A DNA stretch of 64,000 nt from Felis catus (Eukaryota): positions 113,834,001 to 113,898,000 of the forward strand of contig NC_058373.1 in the NCBI RefSeq assembly GCF_018350175.1, in the 5' to 3' direction. The notes beneath the pieces were generated by a model, which did not search any database, was not told the DNA's origin, and saw only the letters and a list, made by a program, of their open reading frames with translations. Made by a program: the position numbers and the translations under genes. Position 1 is the first letter of the stretch; the number at the start of each line of letters is the position of its first letter. Shown here piece after piece: positions 62,726 to 64,000 of this stretch.

Positions 62726-63319
62726 TAAATGGGGCTCAAGTACATTGACAAACCCAAATGGCATGTTCTTGCCTCTTGTAAGCTGCTATTTGGTGTTGGG
62801 ACCCAGCATGGACTTTCTTTTCCTCTCTTCGTTTCTTTCTCTCTCTTTTTGTTCTTCCTTTGTTATGACAAAAACATATTTTTGCTCTTTTAAAATATCA
62901 ATCATAATGTCATAAAGAAAATATTCGGTTTCATCATTTTGACTAAGTCTAATAAATATAGGTTCTATGTAAATTTAAATTCTTTTGAGTCTCATATTTT
63001 ATTTTTTAAAAATTTGTTTCTGCCCACCTCCTTCCCACCCGACCCGAGGCAGCCCAGCCCATGTGTATTTCCCCACCGGTCAAAGACTGTCACATGGTTC
63101 CCCTACCCCATCTTGTCTCTCTCTTCATGAATTCTGGGTTCACAATTCATATTCCACCCCCATCACTTCTGCACTGTGTGAATCTTGGGCACACACTGCC
63201 TCAGTTTCACTACTGAAGAACACTCGTTGGGCTATTATCAGGATTAAATGACCTGGTAGTGTCAGTCCCATCTCCCGATTCCCCCTGCTTCGGTCTACCC
63301 TGCACAGCTAACAGATCAG

Positions 63320-63790
63320 TTTGTCTCAGCCTGGCCGTGCCTTGCCTCTGAAGCTCCTCTGGGTCCTACCTCCTGTGCCTTGGCTCTGAGGTCCTTCCAG
63401 GCCAGTCTGCCATACTCTTCCAAACCTGTCTCTCACTACTCCCCAGCATAAACTCCCATCCTCCAGCTGGCCTGGCCTAGTCATCATTCCCTAAAGATGA
63501 ATTTGCCTTCTACACATTACACTTGGCTTAGTCCATCCCATTTGCCCTGGGTGACTTTCTTTTCTCATATTTGCTCATCAAAAATCGCATTACCCATCAC
63601 TAGCTTAGAGAACAGAAGTGACCTCCAGTCTCTGAACTCCTGGATAGTGTGCTAGATGGTACTTGTCTCCTGGAAAATGAAGATAATAACACACCTCATT
63701 TCCCCTTCTAGACTGTAAGCCCCATAAAAACGGGAAATCTACTTTTTCTTACATGTCAGTGTTTAATGAATATTGAACAGATAAATAATA
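63320..63790 (+). mobile_element. L2 3' fragment
   Basis: ctagactgtaagccccataaaaacggga...ttaatgaatattgaacagataaataa. Confidence 0.7.
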
Positions 63791-64000
63791 AAGCTCTCTT
63801 TGCCACCATTTTGTCTTCTCAGTTTGAATTGGATTGCTTCCTCTAATGTCCAAACAGAGGAAGATAGAGTGTGTGTGCAATCGGGATTCTGCTGTACTTC
63901 ATCAACACACACTTTTTGAGTGCCTCCTAAATGTTAGAAACGGTGCTAATTGCTGGCATTAAAAATAAGAATTATAGCTACTATTTACTGAGGGCTTTCT

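Noticed and set aside
1..64000. CRISPR arrays, prokaryotic systems, numts, endogenous viral ORFs, and known mammalian ribozymes (CPEB3, RECK HH9)
   Set aside because: By eye I found no regularly spaced repeat-spacer array, no long non-repeat ORF and no match to those sequences

Overview
Mammalian nuclear DNA from a felid, identified by about 20 cat-type tRNA-derived SINEC_Fc SINEs and young L1_Fc fragments. I can support no protein-coding exon, RNA gene or CRISPR array. The ORFs I could assign are repeat-derived (L1 ORF2, CR1 RT, RTE RT, SINE or microsatellite frames) and the rest look like chance ORFs. SINEs and L1s lie mostly on the minus strand, which suggests a large intron of a plus-strand gene, but I cannot name the gene. 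The window holds many very old retroelement relics: about five CR1/L3 fragments, two probable RTE-clade RT fossils and an L2 endonuclease-region fragment. The most unusual item is a diverged ~170-bp tandem repeat at 19.35-19.71 kb. It carries a decayed minimal hammerhead-ribozyme-like motif (CTGATGGA-N8-GAAACGTC) and may be a fossil Penelope pLTR or retrozyme array; this is speculative and the motif is not intact. Other notable items are a twin-primed inverted L1 with a large deletion, an L1-associated deletion of a MaLR LTR, tiny TSD-flanked poly(A) inserts, a TALE-homeodomain motif cluster, a CpG-rich unique patch and a candidate 41-nt micro-exon. Repeat family names come from visual recognition, not from a RepeatMasker run, and boundaries of old repeats are approximate.
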